64,000 nt of DNA from Alphaproteobacteria bacterium (GTDB lineage Bacteria > Pseudomonadota > Alphaproteobacteria > JAAXGF01), in contig CAUVXB020000002.1 of assembly GCA_963555825.3 (NCBI GenBank), forward strand, positions 3,104,001 to 3,168,000, given 5' to 3'. A program made the translations under genes and the position numbers. The notes under the pieces were generated by a model. The model made no database searches. It was not told the DNA's origin and saw only the letters and a program-made list of their open reading frames with translations. Positions within the stretch are counted from its first letter, which is position 1. Every line of letters starts with the position of its first letter. Positions 18,827 through 28,772 of this stretch are shown here, in pieces.

Positions 18827-19570
18827 TCAACGCGAGAACAGGCGATCGACCCACTGCAGGAACTTGCCCTCGGGCGTGCCCACCGGGTCCAGCGCGGCGA
18901 GCGGCGCGACCTCGCCGGCGGCCTTGTTCATGGCGCGCGGCGGCAGGTATTTGTTGGTCGGCTTGTAACCCATCTCGGGCATCAGGTCGTAGCCGCCGCG
19001 CTCGGCGACCAGCTTGGAGACGGCCGAATCGGGATCGGCCAGATCGCCGAAATGGCGCGCCGAGACCGGACAGGTGCTGACGCAGGCGGGCACGCGCTCG
19101 ACCTCGGCCAGGTTCTCGTTGTAGATGCGATCGATGCACAGCGTGCATTTCTTCATGACGCCGTCGTCGGCGTCGTACTCGCGCGCGCCGTAGGGGCAGG
19201 CCCAGGAGCACAGCTTGCAGCCGATGCACTTGTCCTCGTCGACCAGCACGATGCCGTCCTCGGCGCGCTTGTACGAGGCGCCGGTCGGGCAGACGGTGAC
19301 GCAGGCGGGCTCTTCGCAGTGCAGGCAGGAGCGCGGGAAATGCACGGTGCGGCTCTGCGCGCCGGTGCCCGCCTCGAAGGTATGGACGCGGTTGAACCAG
19401 ACGCCGCTCGGGTCCTTGCCGTAGGGGTTGTCGTCGGGCAACGGCGCGGCGTGGCCACCCGAGTTCCACTGCTTGCAGTTGATCGCGCAGGCGTGGCAGC
19501 CGACGCAGATGTCGAGATCGATGACCAGCCCGAGCGCCTTGTCGCCGCGGTTTTTCGGCAGACTGGTCAT
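18827..19570 (-). CDS. soeB: Sulfite dehydrogenase Fe-S subunit SoeB
   Basis: MTSLP..LGLVIDLDICVGCHAC, CLHCEEPAC..CP, CIGCKLC..CP, KCTLC: four 4Fe-4S motifs. Confidence 0.9.
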   Translation of the reverse strand: MTSLPKNRGDKALGLVIDLDICVGCHACAINCKQWNSGGHAAPLPDDNPYGKDPSGVWFNRVHTFEAGTGAQSRTVHFPRSCLHCEEPACVTVCPTGASYKRAEDGIVLVDEDKCIGCKLCSWACPYGAREYDADDGVMKKCTLCIDRIYNENLAEVERVPACVSTCPVSARHFGDLADPDSAVSKLVAERGGYDLMPEMGYKPTNKYLPPRAMNKAAGEVAPLAALDPVGTPEGKFLQWVDRLFSR

Positions 19571-22452
19571 GTCGTTTGCCCGCCGCCGCGCTGCCGGAAA
19601 TGCTTGCCGTAGCGCAGGATGTCGGGCCGCTTCGCCAGGCCGTCCGGCGGCGTCATGACGTCGAACTGCGGCGCGCTCATGGCGTTCTCGGCCGCCTCGG
19701 CCGCCTCCGCGGGCTCGATGCGCACGCGCAGGTCGAACCACGAGGCCTGGCCGGTCACCGGATCCGAGTTCGAATAGCGGTAGCCGTCGTCGCGCTCGGG
19801 CAACAGTTCGGAGATGACGTGATTGAGCAGGAAGCCCTGGGTGCCCTCGGCGGCGTCGGGCGCGAGGTTCCACGCGCCGCGCCGTTTGCCGATCGCGTTC
19901 CAGGTCCACACCGTGTCGGGATTGACGCCCTCCATCAGCTTGACCCGGCCCTTGACGCGGCCGTGGTGGCTGATGACCCAGACCCAGTCGTCGTCGGCGA
20001 TGCCGAGCGTCTCGGCGGTGACGCGGTTGATGTAGAGCCGGTTGTAACCATGGATCTGGCGCTGCCAGGCGTTGTGCGAGCCCCAGCTGTGGTACATCGC
20101 CATCGGCCGCTGGGTCAGCGCGTGCAGCGGATAGCGCGCGGTGTCGACGGCGGCCTCCTCGAACGGCGTGTACCAGATCGGCAGCGGGTCGAAATAGGTC
20201 TCGACGCGTTCGCGGTGCTCCTCGGGCGGCTGGACCGGCCCGTGACCGCGCGCGGCGAGCCGAAACTTCTGCAGCACCTCTGAGTAGATCTGCATGATCA
20301 CGGGTTCGGCGCTCGGAATGAAACCCATGCGCGCGGCGTAATCGAGATAGCCGCGATTGGCGAATTTGAAATAGCGCTGGTCGTCGGGCAACGCGTCGCG
20401 CCAGAAGCCGCCGTTCTCGATATAGCGATCGAGCTGCGCGGGGTTGGGCGCGCCGTGTCCCTTCTCGGTGCCGTCGGCGCCGCGCCAGCCGGCCAGCGTG
20501 CCGACGCCGGGTCTGCGCTCGTGGTTGACGATGTAGTCGGCATAGCCGCCCGGGAAGCGCGGCGTGCCGTCGTCGGCGGTCATGCCGGGCAGGCCGAGCC
20601 GTGCGCCGATGTCGAGCAGCACGTCCTGGAACGGCCGCACGTCGCGGTCCGGCGCGACGATCGGGTGGCGGATCGCATCGGCCGGCCCGTCGGCGCTCGA
20701 GATCGGCCGGTCGAGAAGCGAGATCGCGTCGTAGCGCTCGAGATAGGTGGTGTCGGGCAGCACCAGGTCGGCATAGCCGACCGTCTCGGAGAAGAAGGCG
20801 TCGGCGTAGATGATATGCGGAATGCGATAGTCGCCGGTCGCCGGGTCGATGTCGGTCAGCATGTCGATGACGCCGACCGTGTTCATGGTCGAGTTCCAGC
20901 TCATGTTGGCCATGAACATGAACAGCGTGTCGATCGGATAGGGATCGCCGTTCCAGGCGTTGGTGATGACCATGTGCATCAGGCCGTGGGCCGACATCGG
21001 CGCCTCCCACGAGAACGCCTTGTCGATGCGCATCGGCCGGCCGTCATCGTCGAGCAGTAGGTCCTCGGGCCCGGTCACGAAACCGAGCGGCGCGCCGGCC
21101 AGCGGCTGGCCGGGCTTGACGTCGGCCGGCTTGCCGGCGGGCGCGGGCGCCGGCGGGATGGGACGCGGGAAGGGCGGCTTGTAGCGGAAGCCGCCCGGGC
21201 AGTCGAGACTGCCCAGCAGCATCTGCAACAGGTGTAGCGCGCGGCAGGTGTGGAAGCCGTTCGAATGGGCCGAAATGCCGCGCATGGCGTGGAACGAGAC
21301 CGGCCGGCCGATCATCTTGTCGTGCCGGCGGCCCGCCCAGTCGGTCCAGGCGACGTCGAGCACGACCTCCTCTTCGAACGCGGCGTGCGCCAGCTCGGCG
21401 GCGATGCGCCGGATCGTCGCCGCCGGCACGCCGATCTCGGGCGCCACCGCCCCGGCGTCGTAGCGCGCGTCGAGATAGCGTTTGGCGAGCAGCTCGAAGA
21501 CCGGCACGGCGGTTCGGCCATCGGCCAGCTCGACCGCGCCGACCAGCGCCGGCGTGACGTCGGCGGCCAGCGCGTTGGCAAAGGCCTTGTCGCGGCCGTC
21601 CCAGCACAGCAGGTTGCCGTCGGCGTCGCGCGCGAACAGGCCGTCGTCGGGCGCGCCCGGATCCTGGATGACCAGCCAGGGCGCGTTGGTGTAGCGCGCC
21701 AGGAAGGCGAAATCGACCTTGTCGGCGAGCAGCAGCTCGCGGATCAGTGCGAAGATCAGCAGTCCGTCGGTGCCCGGCCGCACGCCGAGCCATTCGTCGG
21801 CGATCGCCGAATAGCCGGTCTTGATCGGGTTGACGCCGACGAACTTGGCGCCGTTGCCCTTGAGCACGCCGAGGCCGATCTTGATCGGGTTCGAATCGTG
21901 GTCTTCGGCGCAGCCGAACATCATGAAATAGCGCGTCAGCTCCCAGTCGGGCTCGCCGAACTCCCAGAACGAGCCGCCAATCGTATACAGCCCGCCGGCC
22001 GCCATGTTGACCGAGCAGAAGCCGCCGTGCGCGGCGTAGTTGGGCGTGCCGAACTGGGTCGCCCACCAGCCGGTCAGCGCCTGACTCTGGTCGCGTCCGG
22101 TGAAGAAGGCGAGTTTGCGCGGGTCGCTGTCACGGACCGCGCCGAGCCAGCCGACCGCGATCTCGAGCGCCTCGTCCCACTCGATCTCGGCGAACTCACC
22201 GGCGCCGCGCGGACCGACTCGCTTCAAGGGCTTGGTCAGCCGCGCCGGCGAGGTCTGGGTCATGATGCCGGCGGTGCCCTTGGCGCACAGGACGCCGCGG
22301 TTGACCGGGTGATCCCTGTTGCCCTCGATGTAGCGAATCGCGCCGTCCCGCAAATGCACCTTGATGCCACAGCGGCAGGCGCACTGATAACAGGTCGTGA
22401 ATTTGACCTCGTCGGCGATCATCGGCGAGGTATCGATGATTGGTTCGGCCAC
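19567..22452 (-). CDS. soeA: Sulfite dehydrogenase molybdopterin subunit SoeA
   Basis: TTCYQCACRCGI, FFTGRDQSQ, AAHGGFCSVNMAA, HAMRGISAHSNGF, NSDPVTGQASWFDLRV; no Tat signal; GTG start inferred. Confidence 0.9.
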   Translation of the reverse strand: MAEPIIDTSPMIADEVKFTTCYQCACRCGIKVHLRDGAIRYIEGNRDHPVNRGVLCAKGTAGIMTQTSPARLTKPLKRVGPRGAGEFAEIEWDEALEIAVGWLGAVRDSDPRKLAFFTGRDQSQALTGWWATQFGTPNYAAHGGFCSVNMAAGGLYTIGGSFWEFGEPDWELTRYFMMFGCAEDHDSNPIKIGLGVLKGNGAKFVGVNPIKTGYSAIADEWLGVRPGTDGLLIFALIRELLLADKVDFAFLARYTNAPWLVIQDPGAPDDGLFARDADGNLLCWDGRDKAFANALAADVTPALVGAVELADGRTAVPVFELLAKRYLDARYDAGAVAPEIGVPAATIRRIAAELAHAAFEEEVVLDVAWTDWAGRRHDKMIGRPVSFHAMRGISAHSNGFHTCRALHLLQMLLGSLDCPGGFRYKPPFPRPIPPAPAPAGKPADVKPGQPLAGAPLGFVTGPEDLLLDDDGRPMRIDKAFSWEAPMSAHGLMHMVITNAWNGDPYPIDTLFMFMANMSWNSTMNTVGVIDMLTDIDPATGDYRIPHIIYADAFFSETVGYADLVLPDTTYLERYDAISLLDRPISSADGPADAIRHPIVAPDRDVRPFQDVLLDIGARLGLPGMTADDGTPRFPGGYADYIVNHERRPGVGTLAGWRGADGTEKGHGAPNPAQLDRYIENGGFWRDALPDDQRYFKFANRGYLDYAARMGFIPSAEPVIMQIYSEVLQKFRLAARGHGPVQPPEEHRERVETYFDPLPIWYTPFEEAAVDTARYPLHALTQRPMAMYHSWGSHNAWQRQIHGYNRLYINRVTAETLGIADDDWVWVISHHGRVKGRVKLMEGVNPDTVWTWNAIGKRRGAWNLAPDAAEGTQGFLLNHVISELLPERDDGYRYSNSDPVTGQASWFDLRVRIEPAEAAEAAENAMSAPQFDVMTPPDGLAKRPDILRYGKHFRQRGGGQTT

Positions 22453-22762
22453 CCTGCCCCCTGACGCTCTATTTACGTCACGCCGACCCGCAAGCCACGG
22501 TTCGGGCAACGGCGGCGAGACCGGCGAGGTATACTGTCACCTCAATCGGGTGCCGGACGCCGCCGGCGTGCGACGACGCCCGGCGGGTCACGGCCACAAC
22601 GCGTTAACGTTGTGCCCGTCCCCCGACCGGCGAATTTAATGGGTTCAGGCATGGAAGCCAAGCGGCTGTTCGAATTGGTCGCGGCGGTGCCGAATAGCGC
22701 TTGTCGCACCGCTTTTCGCGGGCGTACAGTCGGTCCGCGAGGACGGTTTAACGGAGGCCGCG

Positions 22763-23815
22763 ATGCCGCTACTGACGACGACAATAGGTGCCTACCCGAA
22801 GCCCGACTACGTCGAGATACCCGATTGGTTTCGTGAAGGCGGGCCGGGCGCGGGCGACCCGACGACCAAATACACCGAGTTCATGCGCGAGGCCGATGAA
22901 GACCTCGAGGAAAAACTGGTGCGCGGCGCCGAGCAGGTCGTGCGCGATCAGGTCGAGGCCGGCATCGATGTGCCGACCGACGGCGAGATCCGGCGCGACG
23001 ACTACATCCACTATCACTGCCGCCACCTCGACGGCATCGACTTCGAGAGCCTGACCGAGAAGGCCATGCGCACCGGCGCCTGGACCGCCCGGGTGCCGAC
23101 CATTATCGGACCGATTCGGGCGCGTGAGCACTTCCTGCCGGACGAATGGCGCATCGTCCAGGCGATGACCGACAAACCGGTCAAGGTCACCGTGCCGGGG
23201 CCGATGACCGTCACCGACTCTATCGCCGACGACTACTACGGCGACGAGAGCAAGGTCGGCATCGACGTCGCCGCGGCGCTCAACGCCGAGATCCGCGCGC
23301 TTGCCGAGGCGGGCTGCCGCTGGATCCAGGTCGACGAGCCGCTGTTCGCGCGCTGGCCCGACAAGGCGCTGGCCTACGGCATGGACAACCTCGAGCGCTG
23401 CTTCCACGGCGTGCCCGACACGGTGACCCGCGCCATGCACATGTGCTGCGGGTACCCTGAGAAGCTCGACCAGCCCGACTATCTCAAGGCCGACCGGGAC
23501 GCCTATTTCACGCTTGCCGACGCGCTCGAGGAGACCTCGATCCAGGCCGTCTCGATCGAGGACGCGCACCGCCACAACGACTTGGCGCTGCTCGAGCGGT
23601 TCAAGACGATCCGCGTCATCTTCGGCGCGGTCGCCATCGCCCAGACGCGCATCGAGACGGTCGAGGAAATCGCCGGGCGGCTGACCGATGCGCTCGGCCA
23701 TATCGAGGCCGATCGCCTGATCGCGGCGCCCGACTGCGGCCTCGGCATGCTCGGCCGCGACATCGCTCGCGCCAAACTCGCCAACCTGTGCACCGCCGCC
23801 AAGTCGGTCGGCTGA
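22763..23815 (+). CDS. Cobalamin-independent methionine synthase II family protein (MetE C-terminal domain only)
   Basis: TTTIGAYPKP, TDGEIRR, IQVDEP, HMCCG, PDCGL zinc ligands. Confidence 0.88.
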   Translation: MPLLTTTIGAYPKPDYVEIPDWFREGGPGAGDPTTKYTEFMREADEDLEEKLVRGAEQVVRDQVEAGIDVPTDGEIRRDDYIHYHCRHLDGIDFESLTEKAMRTGAWTARVPTIIGPIRAREHFLPDEWRIVQAMTDKPVKVTVPGPMTVTDSIADDYYGDESKVGIDVAAALNAEIRALAEAGCRWIQVDEPLFARWPDKALAYGMDNLERCFHGVPDTVTRAMHMCCGYPEKLDQPDYLKADRDAYFTLADALEETSIQAVSIEDAHRHNDLALLERFKTIRVIFGAVAIAQTRIETVEEIAGRLTDALGHIEADRLIAAPDCGLGMLGRDIARAKLANLCTAAKSVG

Positions 23816-23827
23816 CCAAGACGATTC

Positions 23828-23904
23828 ACCACAGAGACACAGAGGAAAACTTAACAAAAACAATAGCTTGTTTTTCACCCTCTGCGTCTCTGTGTCTCTG
23901 TGGT
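23828..23904. repeat. REP-like palindrome (ACCACAGAGACACAGAG type)
   Basis: Perfect 17-bp inverted repeat (23828-23844 / 23888-23904) around an AT-rich spacer. Confidence 0.85.
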
Positions 23905-23944
23905 TCAACGTTTCGTTTTCTTGATCAGACTAGGGTAGTAGGCC

Positions 23945-24265
23945 ATGATCATATCGACGACACCGTCGATCGGGGGCCGCCAGATCAAGAAATAACTGAA
24001 TATCGTCTCGGGCGATGCGGTGCTCGGCCGCAACACCATCATCCGCCTGTTCTTCACAATCGGTGACTTGGTCGGCGGCCGCGCCGGGCGCTACGAGAAG
24101 GAATTGAGGAGCACTCGCGAGGTGGCCATGGACGAGATGGTCGCCGAGGCGGTCGGACTCGGCGGCAACGCCGTCGTCGGCATCGATCTCGACGACAAGT
24201 TCATAGGCCAGACCAGCGACATGCTGATGGTCAGCATCAACGGCGCGGCCGTGGTGCTGGCGTAG
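23945..24265 (+). pseudogene. YbjQ/UPF0145 family protein with premature stop
   Basis: MIISTTPSIGGRQIKK*LNIVSGDAVLG..DLVGGRAGRYEKEL..GGNAVVGIDLD; in-frame TAA at 23993-23995. Confidence 0.8.
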
Positions 24266-24274
24266 GCGCCGGCC

Positions 24275-25660
24275 TCAGTCGGTCCGCAGGTACCAGGCGT
24301 ATTCCAGCGCGGTCGGGCGCGCCAGGTATGCCGCCATCTCGCCCTGCTTCACCGCGTGGTAGAGCAGGCAGTATTCCGCGCCGAAATATTTCGGCAGAAT
24401 TTCCGCCGCCTTGAAGACGTCGAGCGCGTCGCGCCAGGTCGGCGGCAGCGCCGGCGGCACCTGCTCGTAGGCCGAGCCGGTGATCGGCGGACCGGGGTCG
24501 AGCGCGTTCTCGATGCCGTGGTGGATGCCGGCCAGCACGCTCGCCAGCGCCAGGTAGATGTTGGCGTCGGCGCCGGCGACGCGGTGCTCGATGCGTCGGT
24601 TGGCGCCCGAGCCGCCCGGGATGCGCATCGCCACGGTGCGGTTGTTGACGCCCCAGGTCGGCGCGTGCGGCGCGTAGGCGCCCGGCGCCAGGCGGCGGTA
24701 GCCATTGACGTTGGGCGCGAAGATCGCCATCGCCTCGGACATGGTCGCCGCCATGCCGCCGACCGCGTGGCGCAGCGCGGCGCTGCCCTCGGGCGCCTCG
24801 CCGTCCTGGAAGACGTTGCGGCCGGCCGCATCGAGCAGGCTGACGTGGAAATGCAGGCCGCTGCCCGACCGCTCGACGAACGGCTTCGAGATGAAGGTCG
24901 CCTCGACGCCGTGGCGCTTGGCCGTCGCCTTGATGACGCGTTGCAGCAGCACGCCGTGGTCGGCCGCGGCCAGCGGGTCGTCGGTGTGCACCAGGTTGAT
25001 CTCGTATTGGCTGGGCGCGAATTCGGCGCTCGCCGCCGCCGCGGGGATGTTCTGCGCGGCGCAGAACGCGGCGACCTCGGCGAACAGCTCGGCGAAGTCG
25101 TCGAGCTCGGCGATGCCGTAAACCTGCAGAGAATCGGCGCGCTGCCCGGTGCGCGGCATGATCGGCACCTGCGGCATGCCGTCGGCGGCGCGCTGGGCGT
25201 CGATCAGGTAGAACTCGAGCTCGACCGCGACGACCGGGGTCAGGCCGTCCTTGGCGAAGCGCTCGACGACGCCGGCCAACACGTGGCGCGGGTCGGCGAC
25301 GAACGGGCTGCCGTCCGGCTCGAAGGTCGTCAACAGCACCTGGCTGCTCGGCCGGCTGGCCCAGGGGATCGGCGCTAGCGTGCCGGGCACCGGCTTGAGC
25401 ACGTGGTCCGGGTCGCCGTCCGAGAAGCCGCGGCCGCCCGGGTCGCAGGAGCCGCCGGTGACGTCGAGCAGGTACGTCGTGCCGGGCAGCAGGAGCCCTT
25501 CGCCGTAGAGCTTCTTGGCGTCGGTGCGGCTCAGCCGCTTGCCGCGCAGGATGCCCGACAGGTCGGAGACGAAGGCGTCGATCACCGCGACGTCCGGATG
25601 ACGCGCGAGAAAATCGTCGAGTTCGGATTGTTGCGCCGGCGGCGCCACTTGATCATTCAT
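24275..25660 (-). CDS. Glutamine synthetase family protein (PuuA/PauA-like gamma-glutamyl ligase)
   Basis: DLSGILRGK, VAVELEFYL, EFAPSQYEINL, GSGLHFHVS, WGVNNRTVAMRIP, RIEHRVAGADAN. Confidence 0.9.
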   Translation of the reverse strand: MNDQVAPPAQQSELDDFLARHPDVAVIDAFVSDLSGILRGKRLSRTDAKKLYGEGLLLPGTTYLLDVTGGSCDPGGRGFSDGDPDHVLKPVPGTLAPIPWASRPSSQVLLTTFEPDGSPFVADPRHVLAGVVERFAKDGLTPVVAVELEFYLIDAQRAADGMPQVPIMPRTGQRADSLQVYGIAELDDFAELFAEVAAFCAAQNIPAAAASAEFAPSQYEINLVHTDDPLAAADHGVLLQRVIKATAKRHGVEATFISKPFVERSGSGLHFHVSLLDAAGRNVFQDGEAPEGSAALRHAVGGMAATMSEAMAIFAPNVNGYRRLAPGAYAPHAPTWGVNNRTVAMRIPGGSGANRRIEHRVAGADANIYLALASVLAGIHHGIENALDPGPPITGSAYEQVPPALPPTWRDALDVFKAAEILPKYFGAEYCLLYHAVKQGEMAAYLARPTALEYAWYLRTD

Positions 25661-25768
25661 CTGCCACACCCCTTCGGCGCCGCGGGTCCGGCTTCACGCC
25701 TGTTCCCTTTCGGCCCGCGAGCCGTCATCATTCTTGCACTGATCCTTGGTGTAAATCGTACGGGAGAT

Positions 25769-26155
25769 ATGCCGATCATGTCGAGCCCCACGCGCGCCGA
25801 CCGCCGGGTCATCGCCACCGGCGACGCCGCCTTCGTCCCCTTCGACCGCTATGGCGACCCGATACCCAAGCTGTCGTGGCTGTCGATCAGCTACGACGCC
25901 GAGAGCGGCCAGGGCTGCTTCCTCATCCGTTTCGAGCCGGGCGGCCGGTCGCTGCCGCACGAGCACACCGGCTACGAGGAGTTCGTCGTGCTCGAGGGCG
26001 CTTTGATCGACAATGACGGCGCTGTGTTCCGGACCGGCGATTTCGTCAGCTTCGAGCCCGGTTCGCGCCACGCTTCGCACGCGCCGGACGGCTGCCTCCT
26101 GGCGGTCTTCATGCGCGGCATCAACCGCCCGCTCGAAGCAGGCGAGGACATGTGA
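25769..26155 (+). CDS. ChrR-like cupin domain protein
   Basis: RBS ggag before ATG; FLIRFEPGGRSLPHEHTGYEEFVVLEG..GDF..PGSRH. Confidence 0.8.
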   Translation: MPIMSSPTRADRRVIATGDAAFVPFDRYGDPIPKLSWLSISYDAESGQGCFLIRFEPGGRSLPHEHTGYEEFVVLEGALIDNDGAVFRTGDFVSFEPGSRHASHAPDGCLLAVFMRGINRPLEAGEDM

Positions 26156-26260
26156 CCGGCCGGCCGCCGGCTCGGCCGCATGATCGGCTGGCCTCGACGT
26201 TGCGGCTCTTCGTCGTATCATGGTCCCGCGCATTGGTCCGAATCGTCGGAGGACACGACC

Positions 26261-26659
26261 ATCAACGAAGCCACGGTCGAGGCCCAGTCCCGCTGGGGTA
26301 TCGATAACGACTACGGCCCCCTGCGCGACGTGCTCTTGGGGCGCCCCGAATACTTTCGCTGGATTGACGCCGGCCGGATCACCCGGCGCACCCTCAAGAA
26401 CGCCGAGAAAATGGGCGTCGAGTTTGACTTGCGGGAGGCCATGGCCCAGCACGCCGAAATGGTGCGAATTTACGAGGGCGCCGGCGTCAATCTGGCGTCG
26501 CTTGGCAACAAGCGGGTGCTGTCCATGAAGGGCGGCGTCACGCTCAACCGGAAACTTCGCGATCTGGGGTTCGAGGTCTACGATCCGGATATGTCCATGT
26601 TCACCCTGGGCGGCGGCGTCCATTGCCTCTGCCAGTCGCTTTGCCGCGATCCGGCGTGA
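26261..26659 (+). pseudogene. Amidinotransferase/arginine deiminase family gene with large internal deletion
   Basis: N-terminal WGIDNDYGPLRDVLLG..AMAQH joined directly to C-terminal VNLASLGNKRVLS..GGGVHC; central RD/EGGD/HxD catalytic motifs absent. Confidence 0.75.
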
Positions 26660-26712
26660 CCGGCGGGTCCGGTCCGAGGCCGGCCGCGCAATAACGAGTC
26701 GAGGCAGACCCC

Positions 26713-27585
26713 TTGGAACTCACCGTCGCCGCGCTGGTGCTCGTTTCGGCGGCATTGCATCCGATCTGGAACGCCATCGCCAAGGACGACGATCATCCGG
26801 AATGGATCTTCTTCTCGCTGTTGTGTGTGACCACGACGATCGCCGGCAGCCATGCACTGTTGGTCGGCGAGGATCTCATGTCGTTCATGCGCGCCTGGCC
26901 GTTCCCGCTGATCAGCGGCGGCGGCTTGTTGCTCTATGGCGTCGCGTTGGTGCTGACGCTCAGGCGCGGCGAGCTTTCGGTCTACTACCCGATCGTCCGC
27001 GCCTCGCCGTTGTTCATCGTCTTCGTCGGTTTCTTCTTCCTCGGCGAACGCTATGGCGCGACGCTGCTCGCCGGCATTGCGCTGGTGCTGGTCGGCGCAT
27101 TCTTCCTGCAGTACCGGCGCGGCGCACGGCTGCTCGACGACCCGCTCACGCTGACGCTCGCGGCGCTGGCGATGGTCGGCTCGGGCATCTTTTCGATCGC
27201 CGACTGGCACGGCGTGCAGCGCGTCGCGCCGATGCTGATGTTCTTCTGGTCGACGCTGCTCAGCGTGCCATTCTTCGCCGCATTTCTCTGGTACCTCCAT
27301 CGAGGCCGCGACGATGCCGCCTGGCACCGGTTCCTGGTCGGCTGGAAGACGCGGCCGCTGCGCCACCTCGCCGTCGGCGTGCTCGCCTACGCGTCCTATT
27401 TCCTGCTGCTCAGCGCCTATCACATGGGCGGCAATGTCGCCGCGGTGACCTCGGTGCGTCAGGCCTCGATCCCGATCTCGGTGCTGATCGGCGGCATCTT
27501 CCTGAAAGAGGCTGGCATGGCGCCGCGCATCGCCTGGTCGCTGGTGCTGACGGCCGGCATCGTGATCATCATCGTGGCGCGTTAG
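26713..27585 (+). CDS. EamA/DMT family transporter
   Basis: ~10 TM segments; SAALHPIWN, GELSVYYPIVR, RQASI. Confidence 0.85.
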   Translation: MELTVAALVLVSAALHPIWNAIAKDDDHPEWIFFSLLCVTTTIAGSHALLVGEDLMSFMRAWPFPLISGGGLLLYGVALVLTLRRGELSVYYPIVRASPLFIVFVGFFFLGERYGATLLAGIALVLVGAFFLQYRRGARLLDDPLTLTLAALAMVGSGIFSIADWHGVQRVAPMLMFFWSTLLSVPFFAAFLWYLHRGRDDAAWHRFLVGWKTRPLRHLAVGVLAYASYFLLLSAYHMGGNVAAVTSVRQASIPISVLIGGIFLKEAGMAPRIAWSLVLTAGIVIIIVAR

Positions 27586-27741
27586 CTTTTTGTGCGGTCA
27601 TCTTCGCTGCGCGATTATGACCTGCGCTCAATCGCCGCGCATGCCAATCTTATGGAATCAAAGCTGGCCGAACGGTCGGCGCCCCCCTCTTGTCCCAATA
27701 AGACTGGCGCGGGCTGGTGTGATTGGACCGATCCCAGAATT

Positions 27742-27804
27742 AACGGGGTCAGACTCCGTTATTATTGATTGATAACAACATAGAAAACGGAGTCTGACCC
27801 CGTT
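27742..27804. repeat. REP-like palindrome (GGGGTCAGAC type), copy 1
   Basis: Perfect 19-bp inverted repeat aacggggtcagactccgtt / aacggagtctgaccccgtt with an AT-rich loop. Confidence 0.85.
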
Positions 27805-27929
27805 TAATGGGATCGTATCTTGGAGCGCCGTACATACCCGGTCCTGGTCGTCGGGGTCGACGGCGCGCCCGGCGATCGAGCACGGCGCACTGTCACGGCG
27901 CGACGGCGACCGCAGAATGACACCGCCGC

Positions 27930-28757
27930 TCACATCAAGAGGCCGCCGCCGACGACGAGGACCTGGCCCGAGATGTAGTCGGATTCGGGCGTGCACATCA
28001 GATAGACCGCGCCGGCGGCGTCTTCGGGCGTGCCAGCGCGGCCGAGCGGGATGGTCGCATTCAGCGCCTCGAGCCGGTCGCGCTGGATGCCGACCCGGAT
28101 GGCGCGTCCGGCGACGTCGATTTCGGCCGCCTCGCCGTCGAGCGGCTGGGTAAGCCGCGATTCGATGAGCGCGAATGCGACGCAGTTGACGTTGACGTTG
28201 TAGCGCCCCCATTCCTTGCACATGCTGCGCGTCAGCCCGATCAGGCCGGCCTTGGCGGCGCCATAGCTCGCCTGGCCGGCGTTGCCGTAGAGCCCCGAGA
28301 TCGACGAGATGTTGACCACCTTGCGATGCACCGGCCGGCCCTGCGCGATCTCTTCCTTGGCGGCGCCGCGGATGAATTCCGCCGCCGCGCGCATGATCTT
28401 GAACGGCGCCGTCAAATGCACGTCGATCATCGCCTGCCACTGCGCGTCGGACGTCTTCTGGATGACGCTGTCCCAAGTGTAGCCAGCATTGTTGACGATG
28501 ATGTCGATGGCGCCGTAGGCATCCAGCGCCGTCGCGACGAAGCGGTCCGGGAAGTCGTCGGCCGTGACGTCGCCGTTGCAGGCGACCGCCGCACCGCCCG
28601 CGGCGGTAATCGCGGCGACCGTCTCGGCGGCCGGCCCCTCGTCGAGGTCGTTGACCACTAGCCTGGCGCCCTCGGCGGCCAGCTTGAGCGCGATGGCGCG
28701 GCCGATGCCGCGCCCCGAGCCGCTGACCAGCGCGGCCTTGCCGTCCAGTTTCGTCAT
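27930..28757 (-). CDS. Short-chain dehydrogenase/reductase (FabG-like)
   Basis: SGSGRGIG, NNAG, NISS, YGAAK. Confidence 0.88.
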   Translation of the reverse strand: MTKLDGKAALVSGSGRGIGRAIALKLAAEGARLVVNDLDEGPAAETVAAITAAGGAAVACNGDVTADDFPDRFVATALDAYGAIDIIVNNAGYTWDSVIQKTSDAQWQAMIDVHLTAPFKIMRAAAEFIRGAAKEEIAQGRPVHRKVVNISSISGLYGNAGQASYGAAKAGLIGLTRSMCKEWGRYNVNVNCVAFALIESRLTQPLDGEAAEIDVAGRAIRVGIQRDRLEALNATIPLGRAGTPEDAAGAVYLMCTPESDYISGQVLVVGGGLLM

Positions 28758-28772
28758 GATATATCCTTGGTA

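Noticed and set aside
23788-24066. Small ORFs spanning the palindrome (HHRDTE.. / LCLCG..)
   Set aside because: They are translations of the repeat itself, not credible genes.
27640-27925. Extra imperfect hairpin (about 27643-27708) and a possible gene remnant beside the REP-like element
   Set aside because: Too short and degenerate to support a call.
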